Below are positions 37,359 to 47,442 of a stretch of 64,000 nucleotides of DNA, piece after piece; position 1 is the stretch's first letter, and the number at the start of each line of letters is the position of its first letter. The translations under genes were made by a program, and so were the position numbers. The notes below the pieces were generated by a model. That model made no database searches. It had not been told where the DNA came from and worked only from the letters and a program-made list of their open reading frames with translations. This DNA comes from Legionellales bacterium (GTDB taxonomy: Bacteria > Pseudomonadota > Gammaproteobacteria > M30B25): NCBI GenBank assembly GCA_047404175.1, contig JBDOIW010000007.1, positions 4,517 to 68,516 of the forward strand. The letters are read 5' to 3'.

Positions 37359-38770
37359 GGTAGGTGTTTTTCCTCGTCGTCCTTGTGTTGATAGGTCTCG
37401 TTGCTCAGGGCATGATCCATATACCCTAGAGTTGGTGGTACATCTTTAAAGGCAACAGGCCCTTTACGAATAAGTTTTGTTAGGTAAATAAAGTAGGCGA
37501 CAGTTACCAAGGTGTAAACAATGACAAACGCAGTAAGAGAGTGTTGAACAACTGCTGGATCTACAGCAGAGAGAGTGTCCTTTGTTTTTACCCAGCCATA
37601 AACTGTCCAAGGTTGTCTTCCTACTTCTGCAGTGACCCACCCAGTGACCGTCGCAACGAACCCAAGCGGCGCTGCTAGAATCAGTGCCCGCAGAAACATT
37701 GGGTTGCTACTGTAGGTTTTTCTTCTCGCTTTGATAAAACCTGCGTATGCTACTACCCCTAGGAAAAAGAAGCCGATGCCTACCATAATACGGAAGGTGA
37801 AAAATACAGGGGCAACAGGCGGCCAAAGGCTCTTGTCTGCACTGTCAAGGCCCACTAGTTCCCCATCAAAGTCATGCACATTAATAAAACTGGCTAGCTT
37901 TGGAATGCTGATCTCGTAGTGAGTTGTTGCATTCTCTTGGTCTGGAATTCCGAAAAGAACTAATGGCGCACCTTTCTGTGTGTTCCAATTGGCTTCCATA
38001 GCGGCTGTTTTAAGAGGTTGGTGGTGTAATACATTGAGGCCTACAATGTCGCCCATGATGATTTGTCCAGGCACTGTAAAAGCTGCGGTAACCATAAGAA
38101 TACGCAGTGTCTTTTTTGCCATCGGGACATGTTTTTTCTTGAGTAGGTAAAACGCACTGACGCCAGAAATGACGAATGTGGTAGTTACGAATGAGGCAAG
38201 CATCATGTGGCCAAAGCGTGCAAAAGTTGAAGGATTCAAGATGACTTCAAGCCAGCTCGTGACATGGTAGATTCCGTCTTCGCCAAGGTAGGCCCCTTGA
38301 GGTGTCTGCATCCAAGAGTTGGCTGACATGATCCAAAAAGCTGATATCATAGTGCCTGTTGCTACCAAGCAGGTAGCAAGAAAGTGTAGCTTGTGACCAA
38401 CTCGATGCCAGCCAAACAGCATAATGCCTAAAAACCCTGATTCTAAAAAGAATGCGGTAAGTACTTCATAGCTAAATAAGGGGCCTAATACTGGCCCAAC
38501 TAAACGTGAGAAGCCTGCGAAGTTTGTACCAATTTCATAGTGAAGTACAACGCCAGACACAACGCCCATACCAAAGGTCAGTGCGAATATCTTACCCCAG
38601 AAGCGGCATATTTTGTAATAAACGCGTAAGCCTGTTTTTAGCCAAAGACCTTCCATGACAGCAAGAAAAAGCCCTAGCCCAATGTTAAGCGTTGGAAAGA
38701 CAATATGAAAACCCATAGTAAATGCAAATTGAATTCTTGAGAGGATCTCAGTTGCATAGTCTGGGCTCAT
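37355..38770 (-). CDS. cydA: Cytochrome bd ubiquinol oxidase subunit I.
   Basis: LSRIQFAFTMGFHIVFP N-terminus; Q-loop; 471 aa. Confidence 0.92.
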   Translation of the reverse strand: MSPDYATEILSRIQFAFTMGFHIVFPTLNIGLGLFLAVMEGLWLKTGLRVYYKICRFWGKIFALTFGMGVVSGVVLHYEIGTNFAGFSRLVGPVLGPLFSYEVLTAFFLESGFLGIMLFGWHRVGHKLHFLATCLVATGTMISAFWIMSANSWMQTPQGAYLGEDGIYHVTSWLEVILNPSTFARFGHMMLASFVTTTFVISGVSAFYLLKKKHVPMAKKTLRILMVTAAFTVPGQIIMGDIVGLNVLHHQPLKTAAMEANWNTQKGAPLVLFGIPDQENATTHYEISIPKLASFINVHDFDGELVGLDSADKSLWPPVAPVFFTFRIMVGIGFFFLGVVAYAGFIKARRKTYSSNPMFLRALILAAPLGFVATVTGWVTAEVGRQPWTVYGWVKTKDTLSAVDPAVVQHSLTAFVIVYTLVTVAYFIYLTKLIRKGPVAFKDVPPTLGYMDHALSNETYQHKDDEEKHLP

Positions 38771-38859
38771 AAATTGTACTCCTATGGCTTTATTCTATTT
38801 ATTTTACCAGGATTAGCTTCTTAGATCAAATGATCTTGTTATTTTTTATCTGCTTGTTT

Positions 38860-39825
38860 TTAAGTGTTTTTATTGGCTTCATTGTGAAGAATGGCTCCTC
38901 TTCTTAGAGAGACAAAACTTTTCGGATCATTTTTGAGCGTGCTTGTTGTATGCTCGAGATTGAGTGTTGTCAGATTGTTTGGTTTACTCTGGTGTTTGTT
39001 CTTCCACGGAATAGAAAAGTGCTGGTAGAGTTTTTTAAGTACCTGATGGCTTGCTCTCCACTTTGATTGATAGGAGTAGCCAGCGATATGTGGCGTTGCG
39101 ATGAATGATTGCTGGAGAAGAGCTGGATTAAGCAATGGCTCATTGTGCCAGACATCAAGACATAGCTTCAAGCGGTTAGCGTGATGGAGTAAGGCTTTTT
39201 CGTCACCTACAGATCCTCTACTTGCTTGTATAATCACAGTATTGTCTGCTTGTTGACTAAGTAAATCCTCATTAACCAGTGCATAAGTACCGTATTTTGG
39301 GTGGCTATGAAGATTAGGGTGAATGCAAAGATAGTCAAGTGATTGTAAGTCATGAAGTGTACTTTGTTGTTCAGTATGAGTTGAAACAAAGGGGTCGACA
39401 ATGACACATTGATATTCTTGTGACTCAAAGAATGAGGCAACTCTTTGGCCCACATGTCCAAATCCAATGATGCCAACTCTATTATAACTCTTTTGAGTAT
39501 GAGTAGAGTCTACACAGTGGGCAACATAGTTGGCCACTGCAGGGGCATTACATCCTGGCGCATAAGCAAAGGCGATAGGGTTGTTTTGAAGGAGTGATAG
39601 ATCAACATGGTCTATACCAGCCGTTGCAGAGCCAATAAAGCGTACTTTAGGGAATCGTGCAAGCAGTTGGTGGTTAACGATTTGCTCAGTGCGAATGAGC
39701 AATGCAGTGGCTTGTTGGCATGATGCCTCGTCTTCAAGATCAAGGACTTGAGCTTGAATAGTATCAGCTCTCAACCAATCAAGAGCATGGGGGATGTCTT
39801 TTTCAACTAAAACATAAGCTTGCAT
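38860..39825 (-). CDS. pdxB: Erythronate-4-phosphate dehydrogenase.
   Basis: GSATAGIDHVD and GIIGFGHVGQ (NAD-binding) motifs of the D-2-hydroxyacid dehydrogenase / PdxB type. Confidence 0.8.
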   Translation of the reverse strand: MQAYVLVEKDIPHALDWLRADTIQAQVLDLEDEASCQQATALLIRTEQIVNHQLLARFPKVRFIGSATAGIDHVDLSLLQNNPIAFAYAPGCNAPAVANYVAHCVDSTHTQKSYNRVGIIGFGHVGQRVASFFESQEYQCVIVDPFVSTHTEQQSTLHDLQSLDYLCIHPNLHSHPKYGTYALVNEDLLSQQADNTVIIQASRGSVGDEKALLHHANRLKLCLDVWHNEPLLNPALLQQSFIATPHIAGYSYQSKWRASHQVLKKLYQHFSIPWKNKHQSKPNNLTTLNLEHTTSTLKNDPKSFVSLRRGAILHNEANKNT

Positions 39826-39960
39826 AGTACTTGATCGGGTGATTACAGCGTCTTGATTATAACAATTTACCGTTACGCCTGCTAGTATTTGTCGAGAGTC
39901 AAGAAAACAGCATTGAATTTTAGAGGGGATGGCTTATCATGTTGGCAAGGAGAAGCTTCT

Positions 39961-41355
39961 ATGTTGATTACATCAAAACAAAATTTCATCACCACCATTC
40001 GTATTGCCGCACCTTTAGCGGTTGCAGCAGTTGCAACCATGGGGCTAGAAGTTGTGGATACAGTCATGATGGGTTGGTTAGGGCGTGAGCAACTAGCCGG
40101 AGGCGCTGTTGTCAATGCGATTTATCTTTTTTTGGCGGCGACGATGGCTGGGATGATGACTTCTGTGGGAGTAAGTGTAGCTAATGCAGTAGGGGCTGGG
40201 GACAGCAATCGTATTAAAACGATTGTAGATCAAGGTATACTCTTTGTGATAATGGTTTCTATCCCTATAGTGACTCTCCTTTGGCATGCTGATGATGTTG
40301 CGCGCTTTTTTGGACAGCCTGAATCTGTTTTAGTGTATGTAAGGGATTATGCTCGTTATTTTGCGTTTGGCATGCCTTCAGTGCTCTTGTTTTTTGTCTC
40401 TAGAGAAACTTTAGCTGGTATTGCAAAGCCTCGATTCATCATGATTGTTTCGTTACTTGCTATTCCTCTCAACTTTTTGGGCAATTATTGTTTGATGTAT
40501 GGCAAGTATGGTTTCCCAGAAATGGGCGTTGCGGGCATTGGGTTATCAACTAATTTAGTCGGTTGGTTGATGTTTTTTACGCTTGTTTTTGTGATTAAAG
40601 GGCAGTCTATCCTTAAAGGTACTGGTGTCTATAGTCTAGCAATACGATTTAACAAAGATGAGTTCCTACGTTTGTTGAAACTCGGGGGGCCTGCTTCTTT
40701 CTCGTTTGGTTTTGAGAGTAGCTTGTTTTCAATTACTGCTTTGATGATGGGGGCTTTTGGTGAGATTGCATTAGCAGGTCACCAGATTGCAATTATGTCA
40801 GCGTCAACTGTCTTTATGATTCCTTATGGTGTTTCCCAGGCGACTGCGGTGCGTGTAGGTCAGGGGTTTGGTGCAGAAAATTTATCAGAGGTTTATCGTG
40901 CTACAGCTGCAGGTATGATTTGTGGTTTGATTTTAGCTGCCATCAGTTCTTTGGCTTTTTGGTGTGTGCCAGGTATTTTTGTGGATGTTTTCCTTGATCT
41001 CAATGATGCTGACAACCAGGCAGTGTATGATCTGGCTGTGGCTTATCTAGCAATAGCAGCACTATTTCAGCTTGTGGACTCTGTTCAAGTTATTTTTGCT
41101 GGCGCTTTACGAGGTATGCGGGATACTTTCTACCCTATGCTGAATTGTTTGTTTTCTTATAGTGTGACTGGTTTAGGCGCGGGAGCTTTGATGGCGTTTT
41201 ATTTTGGCCTAGAAGGGCGGGGTCTATGGTTTGGTCTTGCTCTCGGGCTAGGTGTTTCAGCTATATTAATGGGTATTCGTTATCGCATCGTGACGTCTAA
41301 ACTAAGACAGACTTTTAGTGTGGATACGTTAGGGGATCTGGCTAATTCTTCTTGA
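39961..41355 (+). CDS. MATE family efflux transporter.
   Basis: 12-TM MATE profile. Start at the ATG after AAGGAGAAG. Confidence 0.85.
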   Translation: MLITSKQNFITTIRIAAPLAVAAVATMGLEVVDTVMMGWLGREQLAGGAVVNAIYLFLAATMAGMMTSVGVSVANAVGAGDSNRIKTIVDQGILFVIMVSIPIVTLLWHADDVARFFGQPESVLVYVRDYARYFAFGMPSVLLFFVSRETLAGIAKPRFIMIVSLLAIPLNFLGNYCLMYGKYGFPEMGVAGIGLSTNLVGWLMFFTLVFVIKGQSILKGTGVYSLAIRFNKDEFLRLLKLGGPASFSFGFESSLFSITALMMGAFGEIALAGHQIAIMSASTVFMIPYGVSQATAVRVGQGFGAENLSEVYRATAAGMICGLILAAISSLAFWCVPGIFVDVFLDLNDADNQAVYDLAVAYLAIAALFQLVDSVQVIFAGALRGMRDTFYPMLNCLFSYSVTGLGAGALMAFYFGLEGRGLWFGLALGLGVSAILMGIRYRIVTSKLRQTFSVDTLGDLANSS

Positions 41356-41404
41356 TCGGGGTATGCTAAAATAACACGGATGAAAAGCCCTTCGAGGCGT
41401 AATT

Positions 41405-42757
41405 ATGGAAATTGTCATTTTAGGTGCTGGCCAAGTGGGCGCAACACTTGCAGAAAGTTTGACAAAAGAAGGTCATGATGTTGCAGTGGTTGATCTAAAT
41501 GAAGCACTACTCGCTGAGTTACAACAACGTTTGGATATTAAAACGATAGTTGGATTTGCAAGTCATCCTGCCATTTTGCGTGCAGCTGGTATCGAAAATG
41601 CTCAATTACTTGTTGCTGTAACGGATCATGATGAAGTCAATATGGTGGCTTGCCAAGTCGCACACTCTTTGTTTGCAACTCCCATGAAAATAGCACGAAT
41701 CCGTTCACCTCATTATTTTGTCGACAGCCATTTATTTGGTCAAAAAGACTTACCTATTGACGAGTTTATTAATCCAGAGCAGTTAGTGACTGCCCATATT
41801 GCAAGTTTGATTCATTTGCCGGGGACACTGCAGGTTTTTGATTTTTGTGGTGGTGCGGTCAAGTTTATAGCCGTAAAACCCTATTATGGTGGGCAGTATG
41901 TGGGACAGTCTGTCCAAGTGATCGAGCAAGCCTATCCTTGCGTGAAAATTATGGCCTTATTTCGTGGGGGTGAGTTTATTCATCTTAGGCGGTCAACGCA
42001 TATTGAAGTAGGTGATGAGCTCTTTGTGGTGGCTCCAACGCAGTCAGTTGAAACATTGATGCGAGCGTTTAGGCGTATTGATCGTCCTTTTAATCATATT
42101 ATGATCGCAGGTGGTGGTAACATCGGCTATCGGTTAGCTGCGCAACTTGAAAATCAGTACCAGACGAAATTGATTGATCACAATACAGAGCGTTGTTTAA
42201 CCATTACTAAAAAACTCGAAAATACGACAGTTTTTTGTGGAGATGCATCTGACAAATCGCTGCTGACAAACGAAAATATTGATCACACTGATCTTTTTTG
42301 TGCAGTGACCAATGATGATGAGGCAAATATCATGTCAGCGATACAAGCCAAACGTTTAGGAGCCAGACAGGTCTTGGCGCTGGTTAATCGAACCAACTAT
42401 ATTGACATTATCGAAGATGGTGAAATTAATATTATTATCAGCCCTGAGCAAATCACCATTAGCCGTATTTTAGCTTTTATTCGCCAAGGTAACGTGGCAA
42501 AAGCGTATGCTTTGCATCGAGGGGAGGTTGAGCTGATGGAGGTGTTTGTGAGTGATGCTGCAGGGCCTAATGTTCTTGATGTTCCCTTGTCACAATTACC
42601 ATTGCCTGCTTCTGTCATTGTTGGGGCACTAGTGCGCAAAGGCGAGGTTGTCTCATTGGGTGATGATTTGCCATTAGCACCGGAAGATCATTTGGTCTTG
42701 TTTGTGCCAGAGAAATCATTGGTATCAAAAATTGAATCTCTATTCGGAGGAAGCTAG
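41405..42757 (+). CDS. trkA: Trk potassium uptake protein, NAD-binding subunit.
   Basis: Two GxGxxG Rossmann halves (ILGAGQVG; IAGGGNIG). Confidence 0.92.
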   Translation: MEIVILGAGQVGATLAESLTKEGHDVAVVDLNEALLAELQQRLDIKTIVGFASHPAILRAAGIENAQLLVAVTDHDEVNMVACQVAHSLFATPMKIARIRSPHYFVDSHLFGQKDLPIDEFINPEQLVTAHIASLIHLPGTLQVFDFCGGAVKFIAVKPYYGGQYVGQSVQVIEQAYPCVKIMALFRGGEFIHLRRSTHIEVGDELFVVAPTQSVETLMRAFRRIDRPFNHIMIAGGGNIGYRLAAQLENQYQTKLIDHNTERCLTITKKLENTTVFCGDASDKSLLTNENIDHTDLFCAVTNDDEANIMSAIQAKRLGARQVLALVNRTNYIDIIEDGEINIIISPEQITISRILAFIRQGNVAKAYALHRGEVELMEVFVSDAAGPNVLDVPLSQLPLPASVIVGALVRKGEVVSLGDDLPLAPEDHLVLFVPEKSLVSKIESLFGGS

Positions 42758-42762
42758 CTCTC

Positions 42763-44214
42763 ATGAGATTTTTATCTGTGTGTCATCTTATTGCTATTTT
42801 ATTGATGCTTTTTAGTTTAACAATGTTGCCTCCCCTTTGTGTCGATTATTATTATCAAGAATCTTTATCGGGAGTCTATTGGTTTGCATTTTTTGTGTCT
42901 TTACTGTCTGGTTTAATCCTTTGGTTACTGACTCGTCACCGTGCTGGCGAACTAAAAACACGAGATGGTTTTCTGGTCGTAGTTTTGTTTTGGATGATTC
43001 TTTCACTTTATGGCATGATCCCCTTTGTTATTGGCGAGGCTCCTCCTCTGAATTTTTTGGATGGGCTTTTTGAGTCAGTCTCCGGCTGGACAACAACAGG
43101 GGCAACCATGGTCTCAGGTATTGAGTTTTTCCCTCATAGTCTCCAGTATTATCGACAACAGTTACAATTCTTGGGGGGTATGGGGATAATTGTTTTAGCT
43201 GTTGCTGTCTTACCCATGCTTGGGGTAGGGGGAATGCAACTGTATCAGGCAGAAATGCCTGGTCCGATAAAAGATCATAAGTTAACGCCAAGGATTGCTG
43301 AAACGGCAAAGGTATTATGGGTGATATATTGCGGTTTAACTTTGGTGTGTTTTTTGCTTTATCATTTTGAAGGTTTGTCTTGGTTTAATGCTATTGGAGA
43401 AGCTTTTAGTACCGTTGCAACCGGTGGTTTTTCGATGCATGATTCAAGTTTTTCTTACTACCAAAGTCCAGGTGTTCATGCCACAGCAATGCTGTTTATG
43501 GTTTTAAGCAGCTTGAATTATAGTTTGCACTATTTGGTCTTTCGAAAAGGTTCTTGGGGTGCTTATCTTCATGATATTGAAGCCAGGCGGTTTTTATGTA
43601 AGGTTTTGGGGGCATGTGTGCTTGTTTCTTTTGGGTTATGGTTTCATGAGCACTATGAGCATGGCTGGGAGACCTTCCAATATGCTGCTTTTCAAACGAT
43701 ATCCATTATGACTACCACAGGTTTAACGACTGATAATTATCATGAGTGGCCTAAAGTATTGAGTCTGTTATTAATGTTTTTAGGGGTTGTTGGTGGTTGT
43801 GCTGCCTCAACTTGTGGAGGAATTAAAACTATACGTTTACTTATTTTAAGACGTCAAGGCTCCATAGCGCTTAGAAAAATGATTCATCCTCATGGGGTTT
43901 TCTCGATGCGACTGGGTGACAAACCTATCACAGAAGAAGTGGCAAGTTCGGTGAGCGCTTTTATTTATGTCTTTGTGACTTTATTCATCCTCCTGCAGCT
44001 TACATTGATGGCTTTGGGGTTAAGTTATAAAACGGCATTTGGGTGCTTAGTGGCAACACTTGCTAACGTTGGCGTAGGGGTAGGAGATATTTTGCCTAAC
44101 TTTGCGCATTTGAGTAATCCATGTAAAATGGTACTCATTGTGGCAATGCTAGCAGGTCGTTTAGAAATCTTTACGTTGTTGGTTTTGTTTGTTCCAAATT
44201 ACTGGCGAAAATAA
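42763..44214 (+). CDS. trkH: Trk potassium uptake transmembrane protein.
   Basis: TrkH fold with repeated TTGxT selectivity-like segments. Confidence 0.92.
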   Translation: MRFLSVCHLIAILLMLFSLTMLPPLCVDYYYQESLSGVYWFAFFVSLLSGLILWLLTRHRAGELKTRDGFLVVVLFWMILSLYGMIPFVIGEAPPLNFLDGLFESVSGWTTTGATMVSGIEFFPHSLQYYRQQLQFLGGMGIIVLAVAVLPMLGVGGMQLYQAEMPGPIKDHKLTPRIAETAKVLWVIYCGLTLVCFLLYHFEGLSWFNAIGEAFSTVATGGFSMHDSSFSYYQSPGVHATAMLFMVLSSLNYSLHYLVFRKGSWGAYLHDIEARRFLCKVLGACVLVSFGLWFHEHYEHGWETFQYAAFQTISIMTTTGLTTDNYHEWPKVLSLLLMFLGVVGGCAASTCGGIKTIRLLILRRQGSIALRKMIHPHGVFSMRLGDKPITEEVASSVSAFIYVFVTLFILLQLTLMALGLSYKTAFGCLVATLANVGVGVGDILPNFAHLSNPCKMVLIVAMLAGRLEIFTLLVLFVPNYWRK

Positions 44215-46880
44215 TGACAAAAAAACAACTTCTATTGATTGATGGGTCCTCTTACCTTTTTAGAGCTTTTCATGCTCTTCCCCCGTTGACAGGGCCTAGA
44301 GGCGAGCCTACCGGGGCGATTTATGGTGTGATCAATATGTTGAAGAAATTACGTATGGATTACCCTACGCCACATATCGCAGTCATTTTTGATCCCAAGG
44401 GAAGAACCAGTCGCTACGATATTTTTCCTGACTATAAAGCTAATCGAGGAGAGGCCCCAGAGGAGTTAGTGGCGCAAATTAAGCCATTGCATGCAGTGAT
44501 CGCCGCTATGGGGCTACCTGTATACATTCAGCCAGGTATTGAAGCGGATGATGTGATGGCAACTTTAGCAACACAGGCGGTAAAAGAGGGGTATCAAGTG
44601 GTCATCTCAACAGGTGATAAAGATATGGCGCAACTCGTATCACCCGATATTACCTTAGTGAATACGATGAGTGGGACAAGCTTTGATCAGGCAGGTGTTG
44701 TTGCTAAGTTTGGTGTTAAGCCAGAGCAAATAAGAGATTATTTGGCTTTAATTGGTGATAGTTCCGATAATATACCTGGGGTGCCCAAGGTTGGTCCTAA
44801 GACTGCAGTCAAATGGCTAGAGGCTTATGGTGATATTGAAAACTTGCTAACTCATGCCGATGCCATCAAGGGAAAAGTGGGTGAAAATCTCCGTCAGTCT
44901 TTAGAGGTGCTCAAGTTGTCTCAAGAGCTAGTTACTTTGGATTGTAATGTCGATATGCCTTTTTCTGTGCAAGATTGTCATGAGCAAGCCATTAATCCAC
45001 AGGAGCTATATGACTGGTTTCAGCGCTTTGGTTTTAAGCAGTGGCTACACGCACTAGAACCCAAAAAAGAGGAAACTAAATCTGAGCTTAACTACCAAGT
45101 TGTGACGGAGGAAAAGGATTGGGCTCAGTGGCTGCAACGCCTGCAGCAGGCGAAAGTAATTGCTTTTGACACAGAAACCACAGGCCTTGATGCGCATCAA
45201 GCTAGGCTACTTGGTTTTTCTCTAGCTTTAGAGCCTAATGAGGCGATCTATGTTCCCTTTGAGCATGATGACATGGGGGGATTGACGCCTTTAAATAAGG
45301 CGCAGGTTTTAGGTGATCTTGCCACAGTCTTTCAGCGACAAGAACTCTGTTTGGTGGGGCAAAATTTAAAATATGATCTAACTATTTTATATCATGAGGG
45401 CATTGAAGTTGGTTGCTCGTTCTTTGATACGATGTTAGCTTCGTATTGTCTTGATAGTACTCAGCAACACAATATGGATGCCATGGCCATGCAGCATCTG
45501 GGGCTTTCTACCATATCCTTCACTGATATTGCCGGCAAGGGTGTGAATCAGCTCACTTTTAATCAGGTTGAGTTTGACAAAGCATGGCGCTATGCAGCTG
45601 AAGACGCTGATATTACTTTAAAGCTTTACCATCATTTTTCAAACTTACTTAAAGATCAGCCAGAAGCTTTGCAAGTGCTGACAACGATTGATACGCCAAC
45701 GATGCGTGTAGTCACTGCCATGGAGGCAAATGGTGTCCTTGTGGATGAATCCTTGTTACATCAGCAGAGCGAATTATTAACCCAAGAAATTACTTCACTT
45801 GAGCAAGAAGCATTTGCTCAGTCAGGTTTGCAGTTTAATATGAGCTCGCCTAAGCAGCTACGCGAGGTGCTTTATGATCAGCTACAGTTAGACCCCCCTA
45901 AAAAAACAGCAAAAGGTGAGCCTTCGACAGATGAAGAGTCTTTGCAAACGCTTGCCAAAAAGCATCCCTTGCCCAAGATTATTTTGCGCTATCGTAGCTT
46001 AAGTAAGCTAAAATCAACCTACTTAGACAAGTTGCCAGAACAAATTAATCCCAAGACAGGCAGAATTCACACTTCGTATAATCAAGCAGTGACAAGTACG
46101 GGACGTTTTTCTTCTACAAATCCTAACCTACAAAATATTCCCATTCGTACTGCTGAGGGGCGTAGAATCAGGGAGGCATTTATTGCATCACCAGGTTCTG
46201 TTATTATGGCGGCAGATTATTCCCAAGTTGAACTTCGTATCATGGCGCATCTATCCGAAGATAAGCGCTTAGTTGAAGCATTTACTCATGGCGAAGATAT
46301 TCATGCGGCAACTGCTTCAGAAATTTTTGCAAAGCGAGTTCCTGAGGTGACGCCAGAGCAAAGACGATTTGCAAAAGCGATTAATTTTGGTTTGATTTAC
46401 GGTATGTCTGCCTTTGGTTTGGCGCGAGAGTTAGCTATTTCTCGCCAGGAAGCTAGTCTTTATATAGATAGGTATTTTAAACAATACCCCCGAGTAAAAG
46501 CGTTTATGGAATCAACGCGAGAGGAGGCCGCGAAGCAGGGGTATGTTGAAACTATTTGTGGTCGAAGGCTTCTAATTCCTGAGATTCATTCTCGTCAGCC
46601 TGTACGAAGAAAAGCGGCGGAACGTGCTGCAATCAATGCGCCCATGCAGGGCAGTGCTGCAGATATTATAAAAAAAGCCATGCTTCTTGTTGCCCCACAT
46701 TGTAATGAGCAGGCAAAGATGATTATGCAAGTGCATGATGAATTGGTCTTTGAAGTAAACAGTACTTACCAAGAAGGTTTTAAAGCAAAGCTTGTGTCCG
46801 CGATGCAAGAAGCAGAGGTGCTTAAAGTGCCTCTACTGGTTGATGTTGGTGTTGGGCCGCATTGGGAAGCGGCGCACTAG
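44214..46880 (+). CDS. polA: DNA polymerase I.
   Basis: 5' nuclease N-terminus, 3'-5' exonuclease (FDTETT), and polymerase motifs A (DYSQVELR), B (RRxAKxxNFGxxYG) and C (QVHDEL). Confidence 0.95.
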   Translation: MTKKQLLLIDGSSYLFRAFHALPPLTGPRGEPTGAIYGVINMLKKLRMDYPTPHIAVIFDPKGRTSRYDIFPDYKANRGEAPEELVAQIKPLHAVIAAMGLPVYIQPGIEADDVMATLATQAVKEGYQVVISTGDKDMAQLVSPDITLVNTMSGTSFDQAGVVAKFGVKPEQIRDYLALIGDSSDNIPGVPKVGPKTAVKWLEAYGDIENLLTHADAIKGKVGENLRQSLEVLKLSQELVTLDCNVDMPFSVQDCHEQAINPQELYDWFQRFGFKQWLHALEPKKEETKSELNYQVVTEEKDWAQWLQRLQQAKVIAFDTETTGLDAHQARLLGFSLALEPNEAIYVPFEHDDMGGLTPLNKAQVLGDLATVFQRQELCLVGQNLKYDLTILYHEGIEVGCSFFDTMLASYCLDSTQQHNMDAMAMQHLGLSTISFTDIAGKGVNQLTFNQVEFDKAWRYAAEDADITLKLYHHFSNLLKDQPEALQVLTTIDTPTMRVVTAMEANGVLVDESLLHQQSELLTQEITSLEQEAFAQSGLQFNMSSPKQLREVLYDQLQLDPPKKTAKGEPSTDEESLQTLAKKHPLPKIILRYRSLSKLKSTYLDKLPEQINPKTGRIHTSYNQAVTSTGRFSSTNPNLQNIPIRTAEGRRIREAFIASPGSVIMAADYSQVELRIMAHLSEDKRLVEAFTHGEDIHAATASEIFAKRVPEVTPEQRRFAKAINFGLIYGMSAFGLARELAISRQEASLYIDRYFKQYPRVKAFMESTREEAAKQGYVETICGRRLLIPEIHSRQPVRRKAAERAAINAPMQGSAADIIKKAMLLVAPHCNEQAKMIMQVHDELVFEVNSTYQEGFKAKLVSAMQEAEVLKVPLLVDVGVGPHWEAAH

Positions 46881-47442
46881 TCTGATGGAAAAAGTTCGCT
46901 AAAAGTTGCTTGCCATGCGTGGTGAGTATCGATTCTGGGTGAAACTGTAGGCCAAATAACTGTTGGTGGCAATCACGAATAGCCATGATGTCTCCTTGTT
47001 GAGACTGAGCATCAATCTTCAGTGATAAAGGCAGTGTCGAGGGATCAATCACTAGCGAGTGATAAAGACCAACACTGAGTGGTTTTGGAATGTTGGAGAA
47101 TAATCCTTGCTGATTATGGTCAAGTTCGATAGCTTCGCCGTGCCTTGGATTAGATGCGCGGATGATTCTTCCTCCTAAAGCTTGTCCAATAGCTTGATGA
47201 CCTAGGCATATCCCTAAAATAGGGATCTTTCCTTTAAAGCTTTTGATGATTTCCAGGCAAATGCCGGCTTCATCAGGTGAGCAAGGACCAGGTGAAAGAA
47301 TGATATGGCTAGGCCCCATGATTTGGATATCTTGTATACTAATAGCATCGTTGCGCACGATGTGTGTGTCATGCCCCAGACATCTACAGTAACGAGCTAA
47401 GTTATGAACAAATGAATCATAGTTATCAATCACTAGAATCAT
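46822..47442 (-). CDS. pabA: Aminodeoxychorismate synthase component II (glutamine amidotransferase).
   Basis: GICLGHQ catalytic Cys motif and the LQFHPES region. Its 3' end overlaps polA by 59 bp on the opposite strand. Confidence 0.8.
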   Translation of the reverse strand: MILVIDNYDSFVHNLARYCRCLGHDTHIVRNDAISIQDIQIMGPSHIILSPGPCSPDEAGICLEIIKSFKGKIPILGICLGHQAIGQALGGRIIRASNPRHGEAIELDHNQQGLFSNIPKPLSVGLYHSLVIDPSTLPLSLKIDAQSQQGDIMAIRDCHQQLFGLQFHPESILTTHGKQLLANFFHQTSAPLPNAAQHQHQPVEAL

